Assembly (NCBI GenBank): GCA_964016885.1
Contig: OZ024757.1
Coordinates: 9,548,001 to 9,612,000 of the forward strand
Source: Eledone cirrhosa
Lineage: Eukaryota
Direction of reading: 5' to 3'
Length of the DNA stretch: 64,000 bases
The translations under genes and the position numbers were made by a program. Shown piece by piece: positions 25,511 through 39,140 of this stretch (positions are counted from its first letter, which is position 1; each line of letters starts with the position of its first letter). The notes under the pieces are model-generated. The model did not search any database. It was given only the letters and a program-made list of their open reading frames with translations, and was not told the DNA's origin.

Positions 25511-26217
25511 TTCAGTGTCAGTGAGGGCAACTGCCCCATTATCATCCTGGACACACTTTACCCCAACATCACAATTTTCCCTCACACACTGCCTCACAAT
25601 CCTGAACATCTCATGTATTTCATCCTCACATCATAAAACCAGCTGAAATTATATATTCTCTGCTTCCCTCCTTGCAAAGAATACTTTTTTGCCTAGCTTC
25701 CTGGTAGTTTACCCTCCAGCTTCCCCCATTCTGCCATTATTCCATGCCTGTCTCTTGGCCTTAACTGTCTTATCTACCCTAGTGTTTCACCACCAATATA
25801 CTCTCCTCTCTGAAGCCCTGCTCCAGCCACAGATCTAGTTTGACACCTTCAGCAAAGGTTCTTTAAGGAACTCCCACTGTTCCCCTATATTGTATGTTTC
25901 TATTTGTTCTTCCTTACTGTTGTAAAGATCAAACAAAATATCTTTAAATTTAGAACTGGCTGAGGGGTCCTTTAACTTCCATATCCTTCTCTTCCAGGTT
26001 GCATTCAGTCTTCAAGTTTATCTAAATCTATGAAGTCACTAACTACTGGGTTATGTTGGGAGGTGCATTCTTCCCCAGGGGGTGGGGATTGTGTGTTTAC
26101 AAATGTCAATATCTCCTGGTGAGGATAAAAATCAGACTGGCATGCTCACCTGATCAATAGGTGTTGAAGTGGTTGTCGGGTAAACGTTAAGACCCTCTTA
26201 TATACATATATATATAT

Positions 26218-26990
26218 ACTAACAGTGGTACCCGGCGTTGCACGGCATAATATATTTTGGAACGCGGGCCGCCATCTTCCACTTCAGCCGGTCGCCCTAA
26301 AGTGTTGGCTATTCAGTCTACTTGAGGCCATCTGGTGAGGGGGGTAAAGCTTTTAGTGTGCTACTACCCTCACGGTCAAATAGAAAGGGAGAGGAAGATA
26401 AGTCAGCGTTAATATCATGCTACACGAAAAAAGACAGAAAGAAAGGGGAAGAAAAGGAAGAAGAAGAAAAGTCAGCGTTAATGTCGAGCTACAAGAAGAA
26501 AGACAGAAAGAAAGAGGAAGAGAAGTCCGTACTAATGTCAAGCTAGTCAGGCCAGGAGTGGCGCGAAAAAATGTTATTCTAAAGGACCCGTATCTTAACA
26601 GAGGTAAATATAGTGGGGGTCTGCATGTTACAATGTGTGAGCAGAAGATTGGAATGTTAAATTTGCGTTTAGATTTATAAGATGAAGTTACAAAAATTTT
26701 ATATTTAATATTAACATTATAAAATTTAAGAAATTAGAAAATTGAAAATTAAACAGTTTAAAATTTGTGAGGTTTAAGTAAAGAAAGAGTCTTTTATGAA
26801 GAAACTTAAATTGTATTATAGAGTAAAGATTATGTCTTTGTTTAGCAGTCAAACAGCATGCGGCGACTTCAGGCTCCGCCGACCCAACCTTACCGCGTGT
26901 CAGCCCTTCCGAGTGATATCGCCTAGCGAAAGATACGGAAATCAATTTTTCCAAGCACTCTAGGAAGGTATAACAGGCTTCAGGTGCGCC
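26218..26990 (-). mobile_element. Second Helitron-like element (3' end at 26218; other end approximate)
   Basis: Minus strand CCGTGCAACGCCGG hairpin followed by GTACCACTG-TTAG|T, the same end type as 6172. Internal ~55-70-bp repeats around AAGTCAGCGTTAAT. Confidence 0.55.
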
Positions 26991-26991
26991 A

Positions 26992-27528
26992 AGACAATAG
27001 GGTTTGCCTGTCTTAATTTAAGAATAAATCAAGAAAATAAATACAAACCGATTTGAACACATATATGTATATATCTGAGTTCGTTTTTCTTTTATATTCA
27101 ATTATATATTCGGCTCCGTTAATTTGTTGAGCTATTTCAAATGTCGCATAAACCTGGCTGCTATTTTTAGTGGTGTAAGTTTGTGAGACACGCTAAGATA
27201 CCATGTGCGTTGTTATATATAGCACACTATTCAGTTACTTAATATACTTAGAAGTGTCTAGGATACTAATTCATCACCCACTGATGAGCAAGAATTGGTA
27301 TTTCTATTCACAATTAATATTGCGAAACAGCACCAAGAGCTGACTGGGTGATTGGTAGTTACCACAATTCCGATTTGTATTTATTTTCTTGATTTATTCT
27401 TAAATTGAGACAAGCAAACCCTATTGTCTATAGTTAGTATTCTTTTCACCTTAGCGAATCTGGCCCCTTGCGATTTGAACACATATATGTATATATCTGT
27501 GTTCGGTTTTCTTTTATATTCAATTATA
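26992..27528 (+). mobile_element. ORF-less hammerhead-containing unit (retrozyme-like or PLE pseudo-LTR)
   Basis: 58-bp direct repeats at 27049-27106 and 27471-27528 (period 422). The 5' segment 26992-27050 is an inverted copy of 27371-27429. Hammerhead inside; followed by (CA)n(TA)n. Confidence 0.75.
27273..27352 (+). ncRNA. Full type I hammerhead ribozyme with mutated cleavage triplet (GAC instead of GUC)
   Basis: Stem I ATCACCCA/TGGGTGAT; CTGATGA 27281-27287; stem II GCAA..AATTG/CAATT..TTGC; GAAA 27324-27327; stem III CAGC/GCTG; then AC. Confidence 0.85.
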
Positions 27529-27531
27529 ATT

Positions 27532-27575
<44 letters not shown>

Positions 27576-27578
<3 letters not shown>

Positions 27579-27770
27579 GGAAAAAGTATGACCCCGACGG
27601 CAGAGCTCAAGCCGTTTCGACGGCTACTTCGAGTCCAGAAATAGCCGTCGAAACGGCTTGAGCTCTGCCGTCGGGGCCATACTTTTTCCTATTTCCCACT
27701 CTACTACTCTACGTATTGAGTACTCTGGTGCGTTATGGTCCACCTGGTTCCTTACCACACTTCCTTTGTT
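27576..27770 (+). mobile_element. Fold-back insertion in (TA)n carrying the 3' half of a hammerhead
   Basis: Palindrome 27576-27692. The right arm has stem II GACGGCTA/TAGCCGTC, GAAA 27650-27653, stem III CGGC/GCCG and GTC 27670-27672. CTGANGA is absent, replaced by the inverted arm. Confidence 0.65.
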
Positions 27771-27819
27771 ATATATATATATATATATAATTAAATATAT
27801 ATATATATATATATATAAT

Positions 27820-27924
<105 letters not shown>

Positions 27925-28456
27925 GGAGCGAGAGAGAGAGAGAGAGAGAGAGTAGACACACAATGACAAACAGACAGAATCAGTATTTCATTTATGGACC
28001 TCAAAATGGGATTTTTACTCTGAGAGCTAGAGCAGACACTGAACATATATCCCGATGTGCACACATCTATATAAGAACACATATATAAATATACACATAT
28101 GTACACACACATACACATATTTATACACACGTAATTATACTCACATATAGATATACATATACACAAATGAAGATACAATCATTTTTCGCATGTGGAGCGT
28201 ACTTCATCTTTATACTGTATATGTGTGTGTGTATATGTGTATATTTATGAGTGTATGTATGTACGTATTTGTATGAGTGGCCGTATGTATGTATGTGTAT
28301 ACGCATGTATATGCGTATTTGTGTGTATATATATATATGGATATGTGTGTGTATGTGTATTTTTGTGTATTTATATATATATATATTTGACGCTATAGTC
28401 ACTTATATATTATGGAATACTGTTGGCTTCTTGCTACAATAATTTCTATACTTTTC

Positions 28457-28532
<76 letters not shown>

Positions 28533-28738
28533 GTAGTATAACAATAAAATGTTAAAGGTAATCCGATAAGAGTCTACGAAAACGTCTCATGGACAGTTTA
28601 AGCACACGGTAGTATGGGACTCAACAAGATGTTTACTTTGGGGACAATTGTGCTTGTCTTCCTATGTAAATATATCTTGGAGTAATAACAAAGTTAAGAA
28701 TAACATGGTTGACAAAACAATCAAGGGTATTTAATTAT

Positions 28739-28843
28739 AGTCTTACAATTGTTTCCATGGTGGAATTGTCTATAAATTACTAATACTGGAGAAGTATAAA
28801 TCAACTTACAATACATTTAAATCAAACCATTTCATCAGAAATT
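28739..28843 (-). ncRNA. Minimal hammerhead ribozyme (minus strand), ORF-less PLE-type tail
   Basis: Minus strand: CTGATGA, A-ATGGT...ACCAT-G, GAAA, palindrome CAATTG, TA. Stem I is weak (AATTT/AGACT). (TA)n lies ~210 nt downstream. Confidence 0.65.
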
Positions 28844-28884
28844 CTTAATGAATATAAAATATATGCCTAACGGTAAACTTAAAA

Positions 28885-29895
28885 GCACTACAACGGAATT
28901 GGCTGTCAGAAGTGAAAGTAGAAGAATATGACGTCATTCGTCAACCTTCGTTTATTTCCGTATCACCACGAGTTTATTAATGTTTATTTACGTTAGCGTA
29001 GTAATCAATGAAAATATATTTATTTCGCTCTGTATATCAAATTAGAAAACAAGTTAGCGTAATCGATTTGTTTTCAAATGAAAATACATTTATATATTTC
29101 AATAATGTTTCAATAGCATGGATACAGTAAAGTGAGTAGATTTGCAAACACATCGATTACGCTAACACCACCAATGCAGACTCTCACACAATCCCCACCA
29201 CCGCCATGTGTAAATAAATAAACTTTGAAATCAACACGTTCATGTAAAACTTGGTTTTTCACTTTGGGATAATACACGTATTTGCAAGTTGAAAAATATG
29301 AATTCTACATTATACCCCAGCGTGGAGTTAATCATCGCCATATTTCCATCGCTACCCCTACTACAGCAGATACCATTAATTGGTTAAAAAACATGGACTT
29401 AATCCTGTATGTTATTAAAAGGTTCCCGAGTAGTACAGTAAATTAAAGCCTTTACGAACGGAACTATGCAATGAAAGTATTTTTAATAAGTGTATCTCAT
29501 CGTAAACGTATCTCTTAGAAATTCATAAATGGCTGTGTAAACCCTTACACTTTAAAACAAAATTACAAACCAATTATGTGGTCATTGAAGTTACTAGAAA
29601 TAGCAGGCAAATCTTATACCCTCTGCCACCTCCTGTGTTCCTGGCAGCTGAGTATCAACCATCCATAAAGAATCTTCAATGTCTGCCAGTATTACAGAAC
29701 AAGGTTATCTTGTAGTTACCCGCGTTAATTTGTTTTTTGTTAAGAAAGTTTTCTAATTTTATAACTATGACTATGAAATAAAACGCGTGGAGATATGGAA
29801 ACAAATAGATTACGCTAAACGTAAATAAACATAAATAAGTTGCAAATACGTGTATTATCCCAAAGTGAAAAACCAAGTTTTGCATCAACGTGGTG
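28885..29895. mobile_element. Second, inverted and rearranged copy of the 21897-22900 element
   Basis: Starts GCACTACAACGG. Interior 29190-29775 is the reverse complement of 22040-22820. Insertion at about 28968-29190; second TIR missing. Confidence 0.85.
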
Positions 29896-29970
29896 ATGCA
29901 TCAACGCTGGAAGATCCCACTCAGGATGAGAGAGCAGCCCGGGTGCCGGTAGCCGATGCCCTCGCTTCCT

Positions 29971-30300
29971 CTTTTATGGTGATTATTTCATATTAAGGTG
30001 GACGTTAATGTTTGTAAATAACATAAGGTGACTTATTTACCTTATAGTTGTTGTTTTATCACCTGTATTATTAAATATTGAAGTGGTTGTTCAACATTTT
30101 ACAGGACAGGAAAATATTATTTTAATCAGAAATCAGTGAACATTTAGTTTTTACTAACTTTTCTTGACTTTAAATTTGGTCTTGACAACTAAAGTACATA
30201 TTATTTCCTTTTCCACCACAACACAAACATTGTGAACTTTTCTATCTGAAGTGAAATATCTTGATTTATTACAACACCTACACACATATTTCTACACACA
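29971..30300 (+). repeat. Duplicated zinc-finger gene 5' region without a finger array
   Basis: Near-identical to 37192-37510 and 39888-40090; contains TTTTACAG|GACAG, a probable splice acceptor. Confidence 0.85.
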
Positions 30301-31257
30301 CACACAAATTTCTATACACACACACATCTCTCTACCCCCCCCCCCCCATCTCTCACACTCTCTCTCTCTCTCTGATTGAATTATTCATATATATAATATA
30401 CGCTTGAATTTTCTTCGTCAAAAATCAGTCTTATGTTGTCATATATTTCCATTCAAGGTTGATAAAAAACAATACCAGTCTACCACTGGGGTCTGTTCTT
30501 CCTCTCTATATTTCTATCTCACTTCCTCTCTCTCATTCTCTCTCCTTCTCTAGAAGAAATAAACTGTTCAAACCTGTAGCGTGAAGGGCTCCACCAAGCT
30601 TCAAATGTCCACAGTGACATTCTTATGACTCCATCATTAAAAAACAAAACAAAAGAATTATGTGTCTATTTTGTAAACCTTAACTGGTTTATATCTGACA
30701 AAATATCCACATGTGTAAATAAAACCAATTCTATAACTTTAATATTTGTTGGATGGTACTTTCATGACAGTTGAAATTATGACTTTTAAAAAAAAAATAA
30801 TTCACATTTGAAAATACTTTACAACTTTCTTCTCTTTTTCTTCACCCATTTATTTCTGAGTGGGTTGTAGGGGGTAGAGTCCTCACACACCCCTTATCAA
30901 TCTAATGTTTGTAAAATGTCCTCTATACACTACACTCACACAACAACACATCACGCTGCACACACACACCACATCAAAACACCACAATATACACCCCATC
31001 CCACACAACAGACACACATCATACCACACCACACCACATCCAACACATACCACACCACAACACATACAAACCAGGTAGTTATACCAACCCAGTATCTTGG
31101 TTTTAGTGATATTTTTGTAACAAACCTCAACATCCCAGACCTTAGCAAGTGGAGTGGAACTCATCAGATTGGACATTAAATGATGAGCTGTGACATCATT
31201 GGTGTCAACCTGTTTCAGCCATACCTTTGGACAACAATGTATAGATATATAGAAATC

Positions 31258-31263
<6 letters not shown>

Positions 31264-31294
<31 letters not shown>

Positions 31295-32617
31295 AATTAT
31301 TGTGTACAGTGCTCAGGTGCACTACAACTTGTCAAAGGTATATGTATAGTACATAGAAAAATAAACAAATGTCAGGGAAATGAATAGTGTATGAGTCATG
31401 ATATACAAGTGTCTATGTCTATGGAGGGGGAACATTAGGTGTAGTGTTGGTGAATCTCGGGAAGCATGGAGGCCTTAAAGGATGCAGTGTCTTCACAGCT
31501 AACAACTGATGGAGGTTTTAAAGGATGCAGTGTCTCGACAGCTAACAACTGATGGAGGTTTTAAAGGATGCAGTGTCTCGACAGCTAACAACTGATGGAG
31601 GTTTTAAAGGATGCAGTGTCTCGACAGCTAACAACCGATGCAGGTAGTTTGTTCCATGCTTCAACAACTCTGAGCGTGAAAAAATGTTTCCGAAAGTCAT
31701 GGGAACTGTGCTGTTTTCTGACTTTGTGGGCATGCCCAGGTGTGTTAGACACATGGAAATCAAAAAGGTGCTCAGGGTTGTTGTTGGCAAGATGGGTAAC
31801 AATTTTGTGGGTGTTTACCAAGTCAGTTGCCAGGCGTCGGAGCTTCAATGAATCCATGCCCAGGGAAGCAAGGCGTTCAGAGTATGGTAGATGCCTGATG
31901 GAGGGTATTCACTTGGTTGCACGTCTCTTAACAGTTTCCAGGCGGTCAATGTTCTGAGCAAGATAGGGGTTCCAGACTGGTGATGCAAATTCTAAGTGTG
32001 GCCACACCATAGCCATGTACAGCCTTAAATAGATAGCTGGAGAGTGGCTGACAAAGGTCTTGCTGAGTGATGCTAAGACACCCTCGGCCCTCTTGACAAT
32101 TTAAGAGATGTGCTTCGTCCAACGCAAATCGCTGCTGACCGTAATGCCCAGGTCACGTTCACAAGAAAACTTCTTGATATTAGTGCTGTGGAGAGAGTAT
32201 GTGGACGCTGGGTTTTTAATCCCAAAATGCAGCTAGCTTGAGTTGCCAGTCTGTGATCCATTGCTGCATTGTGTCCAGGTCAGACTGCAAGCAAGATCTA
32301 TAGTGTTCAGGATCTGTCCTTTTTATCTCAAGGTACAGCTTGATGTCATCTGTGTACTTTAGTACTGTGGCATTCTTTAAGTTGGCATCTGTGTCATTAA
32401 TATATGCCACAAACAAAAGGGGGCCAGAACATATCCCTGTGGTACACCAGATGACATCTCATATGGTGAGAAATGCTGTCCCAGAATCGTGACTACCTCT
32501 CTTCGACTGAGAATGAAGGACTTCAACCAGTTAAAAACATCATCCTTCACACCCATTGCAGAGAGTTTTGCCATAAGTCTTTTGTGTGGCACAGAATTGA
32601 AAGCTTTCGCAAAGTGA
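31264..32617 (-). mobile_element. CR1-clade LINE, 3' fragment
   Basis: SGVPQG, YTDDIKLY, LEFASPVWNP, FRKHFFTLRVVEAWNKLP; (ATT)n tail at 31264-31292. Confidence 0.9.
31468..31640. repeat. 43-bp tandem repeat x4 within the CR1 ORF end
   Basis: Unit GGAGGTTTTAAAGGATGCAGTGTCTCGACAGCTAACAACTGAT. Confidence 0.95.
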
Positions 32618-32633
32618 AGGTATATATATATAT

Positions 32634-35600
32634 GTGTGTGTTCAAGAGACTAGGTGCAGGGGTGGGTCTGCTAGATTCATTGTGGGTAAAAAAAGATGCT
32701 ATAAACTTTTCTGGATGGGAAATGACAAAGGGCTGGGTGGAGTAGGAATTATGTTAGCAGAGAAATGGGTAGATAAGGTAATTGCCATAAATAGAGTGAA
32801 CGACAGAATAATTAAAATAAGACTAGTTCTAAATAGAACAACTATGACAATAATATCCACTTATGTACCCCAATCTGGCCTACCTGACGTAATAAAAGAC
32901 AGGTTCTATGATTTGCTAATGTTCACTTCTTCCCAAATAACCAACAGTGACTGCATAATTATTGCTGGTGACCTAAATGGTCACATTGGACAACATAGTA
33001 ATTGCTATGATGGAATCCATGGAGGCTATGGGTTTGGTACTAGAAATGAGGAAGGCTTCAGGATCCTGGAATTTTGTGACGCTAAGAACTTAACTATCTG
33101 TAACACAAACTTCAAAAAAACGAGACAATGGCTTGATCACCTGTAGATCAGGGGAACACGCCAGCCAGATAGATTATATCCTTACTAGAAGGTGTGACAG
33201 TGTCTGTTGTAAACACTAAGTCCCTCCTCTGTGAAGAATTCACCTCCCAACATAGCCTAGTAGTTAATGACCTCACAGTCAGGACTAGACGTACTCGATG
33301 GCAGAAGAGGACTACCTTAAGGAGAAGATGGAAGTTGAAGGACCTCACTGCCAGTGACAAATTTAAAAGCATATTAGTTAATGCTTTTGAAAGTAAAGAG
33401 GTGCAATTAGCAACATACAATATAGAGGAACAGTGGGTTTCTTGAAAGTTAACCTACTGAAGGCAACAGATGAAATCTGTTGCTGGAGCAGACCTATAGG
33501 TAGGAGGAGAGTAACTTGGAGGTGGAGGAGACAATCAGGCTTGGAAAGTATTGTGGGATGGGGAAAGTAGAGAACACTATTAGGTGGCTAGGAGACAATT
33601 GTACTTTGCAAGAAGGGAAGCAGAGAATAGAAAGTTCAAGCATGTTCTACAGCGTGAGGTGTTCAGCATCGCAAAACAAAGTGTCAAGGAAAACCGTGAT
33701 ATTGTCAGGGAGAAGTGTGTCTGTAATGATGATGATGTACTTGCCCTCCCTGATACTGATAAGAAGGTAGCTTGGAAGTGTCACTACGAGAGACTACTAA
33801 GTGAGGAGAATAAATGGGAAAAACATAGTCTACCCCAAATTGATCCAATAGAGGGACCCGCGGTGCAAGTTAATGGTAGTATAGTAAGTAAAGCAATCAA
33901 AGATATGAAGACAGGCAAGGCAGCTGGGCCTTTGGAGATAGTTGTTGAGATGTTGAAAGCATATGGAATGGTGGGACATACTATGGACACCAAGATAGTA
34001 AACCAAATAATACAGAATGGGGTCATACCAGATGACTGGCGTAGCAGCATCATCGTTAACTGCTACAAGGGTAAAGGAGATGCGCTAGATAATGGAAACT
34101 ATAGAGGCATTAAGGTAGTTGACCAGGTCATGAAGGTCACAGAAAAAGTTATAGCACAGCTAATCAGAGACCAAATAGATCTAGATGAAATGTAGTTTGG
34201 ATTCATGCCAGGTAAAAGTACCACAGATGCTATTTTCTTGTACAGCAACTACAGGAGAAGTACCTAGCTAAAAGTAAACCCCTTATACTTAGCTTTTGTT
34301 GACTTGGAGAAAGCCTTTGACAGAGTCCCCCGCTCCATTATCTGGTGGACCCTTAGAAATGTAGGAGTAGATGAATGGCTTGTGAGAGCTATACAAGCCA
34401 TGTATATAGAAACAGTCAGCAAGGTTAGAATTAACAATGAATATAGTGAAGAATTTAGCGTAAAAGTAGGTGTTCAGCACCCCCATCCTTAGCTTCCTCT
34501 TGTTTATTATTGCCCTTCAAGCTATAACAGAGGGGTTTGAGACCAGCTGCCCATGGCAACTTTTATATGCAGCTGAACTGACTCTCCTAGCCGAATCTAT
34601 GGCTAAACTAGAGAAGAAATTCCCAAAATGGAGGTATGGCCTTGAATCAAAAGGCCTTAAAGTTAACTTGTCTAAGACTAAAGGTGTAGTATGTAGAAAA
34701 GGAAATAGAGCACTGGTGCCATGCTCAGTGTGTAGGAAAGGAGTAGGTAGAAATTCCATTCTATGTCCCAAATGCAAACTATGGGTACATAAAAGATGTA
34801 GTGAGATCACAGGTAAGCTATCTAAGAATGTAGATTTTATATGTAGCCGATGCTCAGATGAAATAAGCAGCAAGTACCCACAGGATACTAGCACCTTCTA
34901 CTGCCCAGATGGTTCTATAGAAATAGTGGACACTCCGTTGCCTGGGTGACGAAATCAGCAGTGGAGGAGGGTGCTCTGAAAGTGTAGTAGTCAGAGTTAG
35001 AACAGGATGGAAAAAGCTCAGAGCTTATACCGCTGCTAGACACAAAAAGTTTCTCTCTAAAAATGAAAGGCAGGTTGTATGATGCCTGCATATGAACAGC
35101 AATGTTACATGACAGTGATACATGGGCATTGTGTGCAGAGGACCTGCAAAGATTGGAAAGGAATGAAGCATGCATGCTACATTGGACGTGTAATTGTAAT
35201 ATACATGAACGGCAAAACATAAACAAACTAAGTGAGAATTAGGAATAAGAGGGATCAGATGCTGTTTACTTGAGAGAAGATTACATTGGTATGGTCATGT
35301 GATGCACATGAAAGATGACGGCTTTAAAAAAAAGTGCAGGGAGAACAAAATTGATGGAAGTTATGGAGTAGGTAGACCCAGTAAAACCTGGGATGACATA
35401 AAATCCAACCTTGCACACTTACACCTCTCTTAGACAATGTCACTGGATCGAGATCTATGGTGCCATACAGTAACAGAGAAGACCTGCCTTCCCTATGTGC
35501 AAAGTTAACCTACAGTCAGTAGGCCCCTCCTAACCAAATATACACCCCAACCCACACACCCTACTCCATGCTCCCACTCCCACCAGCACCACCCTGTCTC

Positions 35601-35855
35601 TATAAAGTTATGTTGGTACTACAACATCCAGTCCAAACTAAAGAGGTAGTGTAGGTGTCATCACGAAAAGGCTCCGAGTCCATACTGGAAATGTGGTTGG
35701 TGTTAGGAAGGGCATCCAGCCTTAGAAAACCTGCCAGATACAGGCCTATACGAGCGAGACACGGTCACCCAATCAATCTTGCCTCAAGTGGGACAATTCC
35801 CGTCTAACCCATGCTAGCGTTGAAGATAGACGTTAAATGATAACGATGATGATGA
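32634..35855 (+). mobile_element. Near-full-length but disabled RTE LINE (APE endonuclease + RT)
   Basis: APE motifs CVQETR, IIAGDLNGHIG, IDYIL; RT fragments EKAFDRVPRS; multiple stops and frameshifts; (GAT)n-like tail at about 35838-35855. Confidence 0.93.
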
Positions 35856-36844
35856 TATATAGTGTATATAATAGTTGTAATGTCACTGGTGCTGATCTAT
35901 ATCAGCCTTTCCCTTGGACAACATGACATATAGTCTATATATATTGGACAATATTATATATAGTGTATACGTGGTGTATATAGTAGTTGTGACAATATTC
36001 TATATACATATGTACACACACACTGACAAACATGTATATACATATAGAAGGGTCGGATGAGAAGTTCATAGGCTGACCAAGTTACTCTCATGGAATGAGA
36101 CAATGTATACACACAAATATATACTATATATATGTATACAAACACATATATATTGTATAGTGAAGTCATACATCATATGGTAATATCATGTTTTCAATTG
36201 TCAGTTAGGGAGGTACATTGTGTCCTTAAGCAAGACACATCATTCCACATGTCTCTAATCTCCACAGCTGAAAAAGACAAGTAGCAGCTTTAGTTGGAGG
36301 TTTAGCATGGGTTGGATCATTCTCTGCCTCCAACATTTTCACTGCAGCCACAAACCCAGGCTTCACTACCTGCAATAGAGAGAAGAGGGAGATAGTTAAA
36401 TACTGGGGCCTGACTCACCACTTCCTCTTTGTCCCCACACTGCTGATTTCCTTCTCAAAATTAGAAAGACAGCAGCCCCCTTGAGGAAGTAGTCCCATGA
36501 GGTGGGGTGGATGTTGCTGTGGGTGTCTCTGGCTATTCTCTGTGGTAACACCTTTGCCATTTTATCTGTAGGGTGGGGCTGAATCACAGCTCAGACTGAA
36601 ATATAAAGTCTGTCCCTCTCCCATTATTTTCGTTGGATTGGCAGTGTCGGTGGAGCGTCGGACGCCAAGCTTTGTAGCATAGTTACCTCCCTTTATGATC
36701 TGAGTTCAAATCCCGCCGAGATTAACTTTGCCTTTCATCCTTACGGGGTCGATAAAATAAAGTACCAGTAATACACTGGGTATTTGCTGGCCTTGTGCCT
36801 AACGTAGAAACAATTATATATTGTCAATTATGATTTTATTTGAT

Positions 36845-37051
36845 GTATCATATCTACCTGTATATATATATACTTGCATATAATATCAATATACACACTA
36901 CACATGCTAGCAGAAAACCACCCGAAGGTAGCATGTGTAGTGTGTATATTGATATTATACGCAGATATATATATATACATGTATCATATATACCTGTGTA
37001 TAATATCAATATACACACTACACATGCTACCTTCGGGTGGTTTTCTGTTAG
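36845..37051. repeat. Local inverted triplication
   Basis: TATAATATCAATATACACACTACACATGCTA occurs at 36879 and 36999, with the reverse-complement segment 36908-36959 between them. Confidence 0.9.
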
Positions 37052-37975
37052 TTCATATAACGGAAGTTGTTTCTGAATGTATTAAATTATGTGGGGGACA
37101 TTTAAGCCATGAGACCGGTGTCAACTAGACGGTGAAGTATTACCATTTATATCTGCTCCATTGTTACAACTTAAACCTCATCTAATTTTATCTTTTATGG
37201 TGATTATTTCATATTAAGGTGGACGTTAATGTTTGTAAATAACATAAGGTGACTTATTTACCTTATAGTTGTTGTTTTATCACCTGTATTATTAAATATT
37301 GAAGTGGTTGTTCAACATTTTACAGGACAGGAAAATATTATTTTAATCAGAAATCAGTGAACATTTAGTTTTTACTAACTTTTCTTGACTTTATATTTGG
37401 TCTTGACAACTAAAGTACGTATTATTTCATTTTCCACCACAACACAAACATTGTGTACTTTTCTATCTGAAGTGAAATATCTTGTTTTATTACAACACCT
37501 ACACACACACACACACACACACATCTATTTCTCTCTCTCATACCTACACACTGTATGTCTATATATATATGTATATATATTAACCTTCTTTTGTAATTAT
37601 GGATATTACTTCTCTTGTCACCTGAACTGTCCTCAATAACAAGAACCTTAACTATAGAAGTCTTATTCGTCTGTTTTATGAGCTGAGGATTTTATTGTGA
37701 ATAGAGCTTCTCTAACTTTAACAATAATAATAGTGATATATTCCACAATAATCACACACACACATATATATATAAGCACTTGCCTTTTCTTCATCCAAGA
37801 TCAGTCTTACACTGACATATGTCTTATTACTTGTACCAACTAAATGCTACATTACAACTTGTAGAAGAAGAAAGCAGACTTCTGCAGTCTTTTATGGACC
37901 CTTTGTATATTAGACTACATAGCATACCTACATTTCTTAATGTATGAGTAAAAGTGGTGAGACTCCTTTATGTAA

Positions 37976-38587
<612 letters not shown>

Positions 38588-38687
38588 ACCCCATCACACT
38601 GAAATGTGAAACATACAAATATACAGACACACTCTGGAAGGAAGAATATACAATGTGAAGCTTGAAAAATCCTTATCTTATACTTAT

Positions 38688-39140
38688 CATCATCATCATC
38701 ATCACTGTTTTACGTCGGGTGACCTTGTCTTGCTCATATGGGAACTGATTTTGGCTTGATTTTTACAGCTTGATGTTCTTCTTAACACAAAACCTCATTT
38801 ACTGTGTGAGCTAGGTGCTTTTCTTACCATGGTGCCTACACAGCCACTTTACTCTGGGGGCTGGGTGATATTTTGTTGACCACTTTGCAGTGGGTGGGGA
38901 TGTGGACATATTTGTCTATATGCTTCAGCTTCGGCTTGTAGCCGTGTGAAGTCAGGTCTTCTGTATTACTGCATGATGCCAGAGGGCACCGTCCTGCGTC
39001 ATCACTTTTGAGAGGTTCAATTGGGCAAGGTCAGCTTTTATCACCTCATCCCGGGTCTTCCTGGATCTCTCCACTCCACGGCTTCCAGTGACATTTAGTG
39101 CTCTGCACCTTTTAATGCAGCTGTCATCCTTCATATGCAT
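38688..39140 (-). mobile_element. RTE LINE, 3' fragment
   Basis: MKDDSCIKRC..RKTRDEVIKADL; (CAT)n at 38688-38705. Confidence 0.85.

Larger units (their letters stand above)
23037..26160 (-). mobile_element. Old, degraded RTE LINE with two nested MITEs
   Basis: Fragments IVAEILKVSGMVGH..NCYKGKGD and GRPRKAWDEIIK; (CAT)n-like tail near 23040. Confidence 0.85.
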
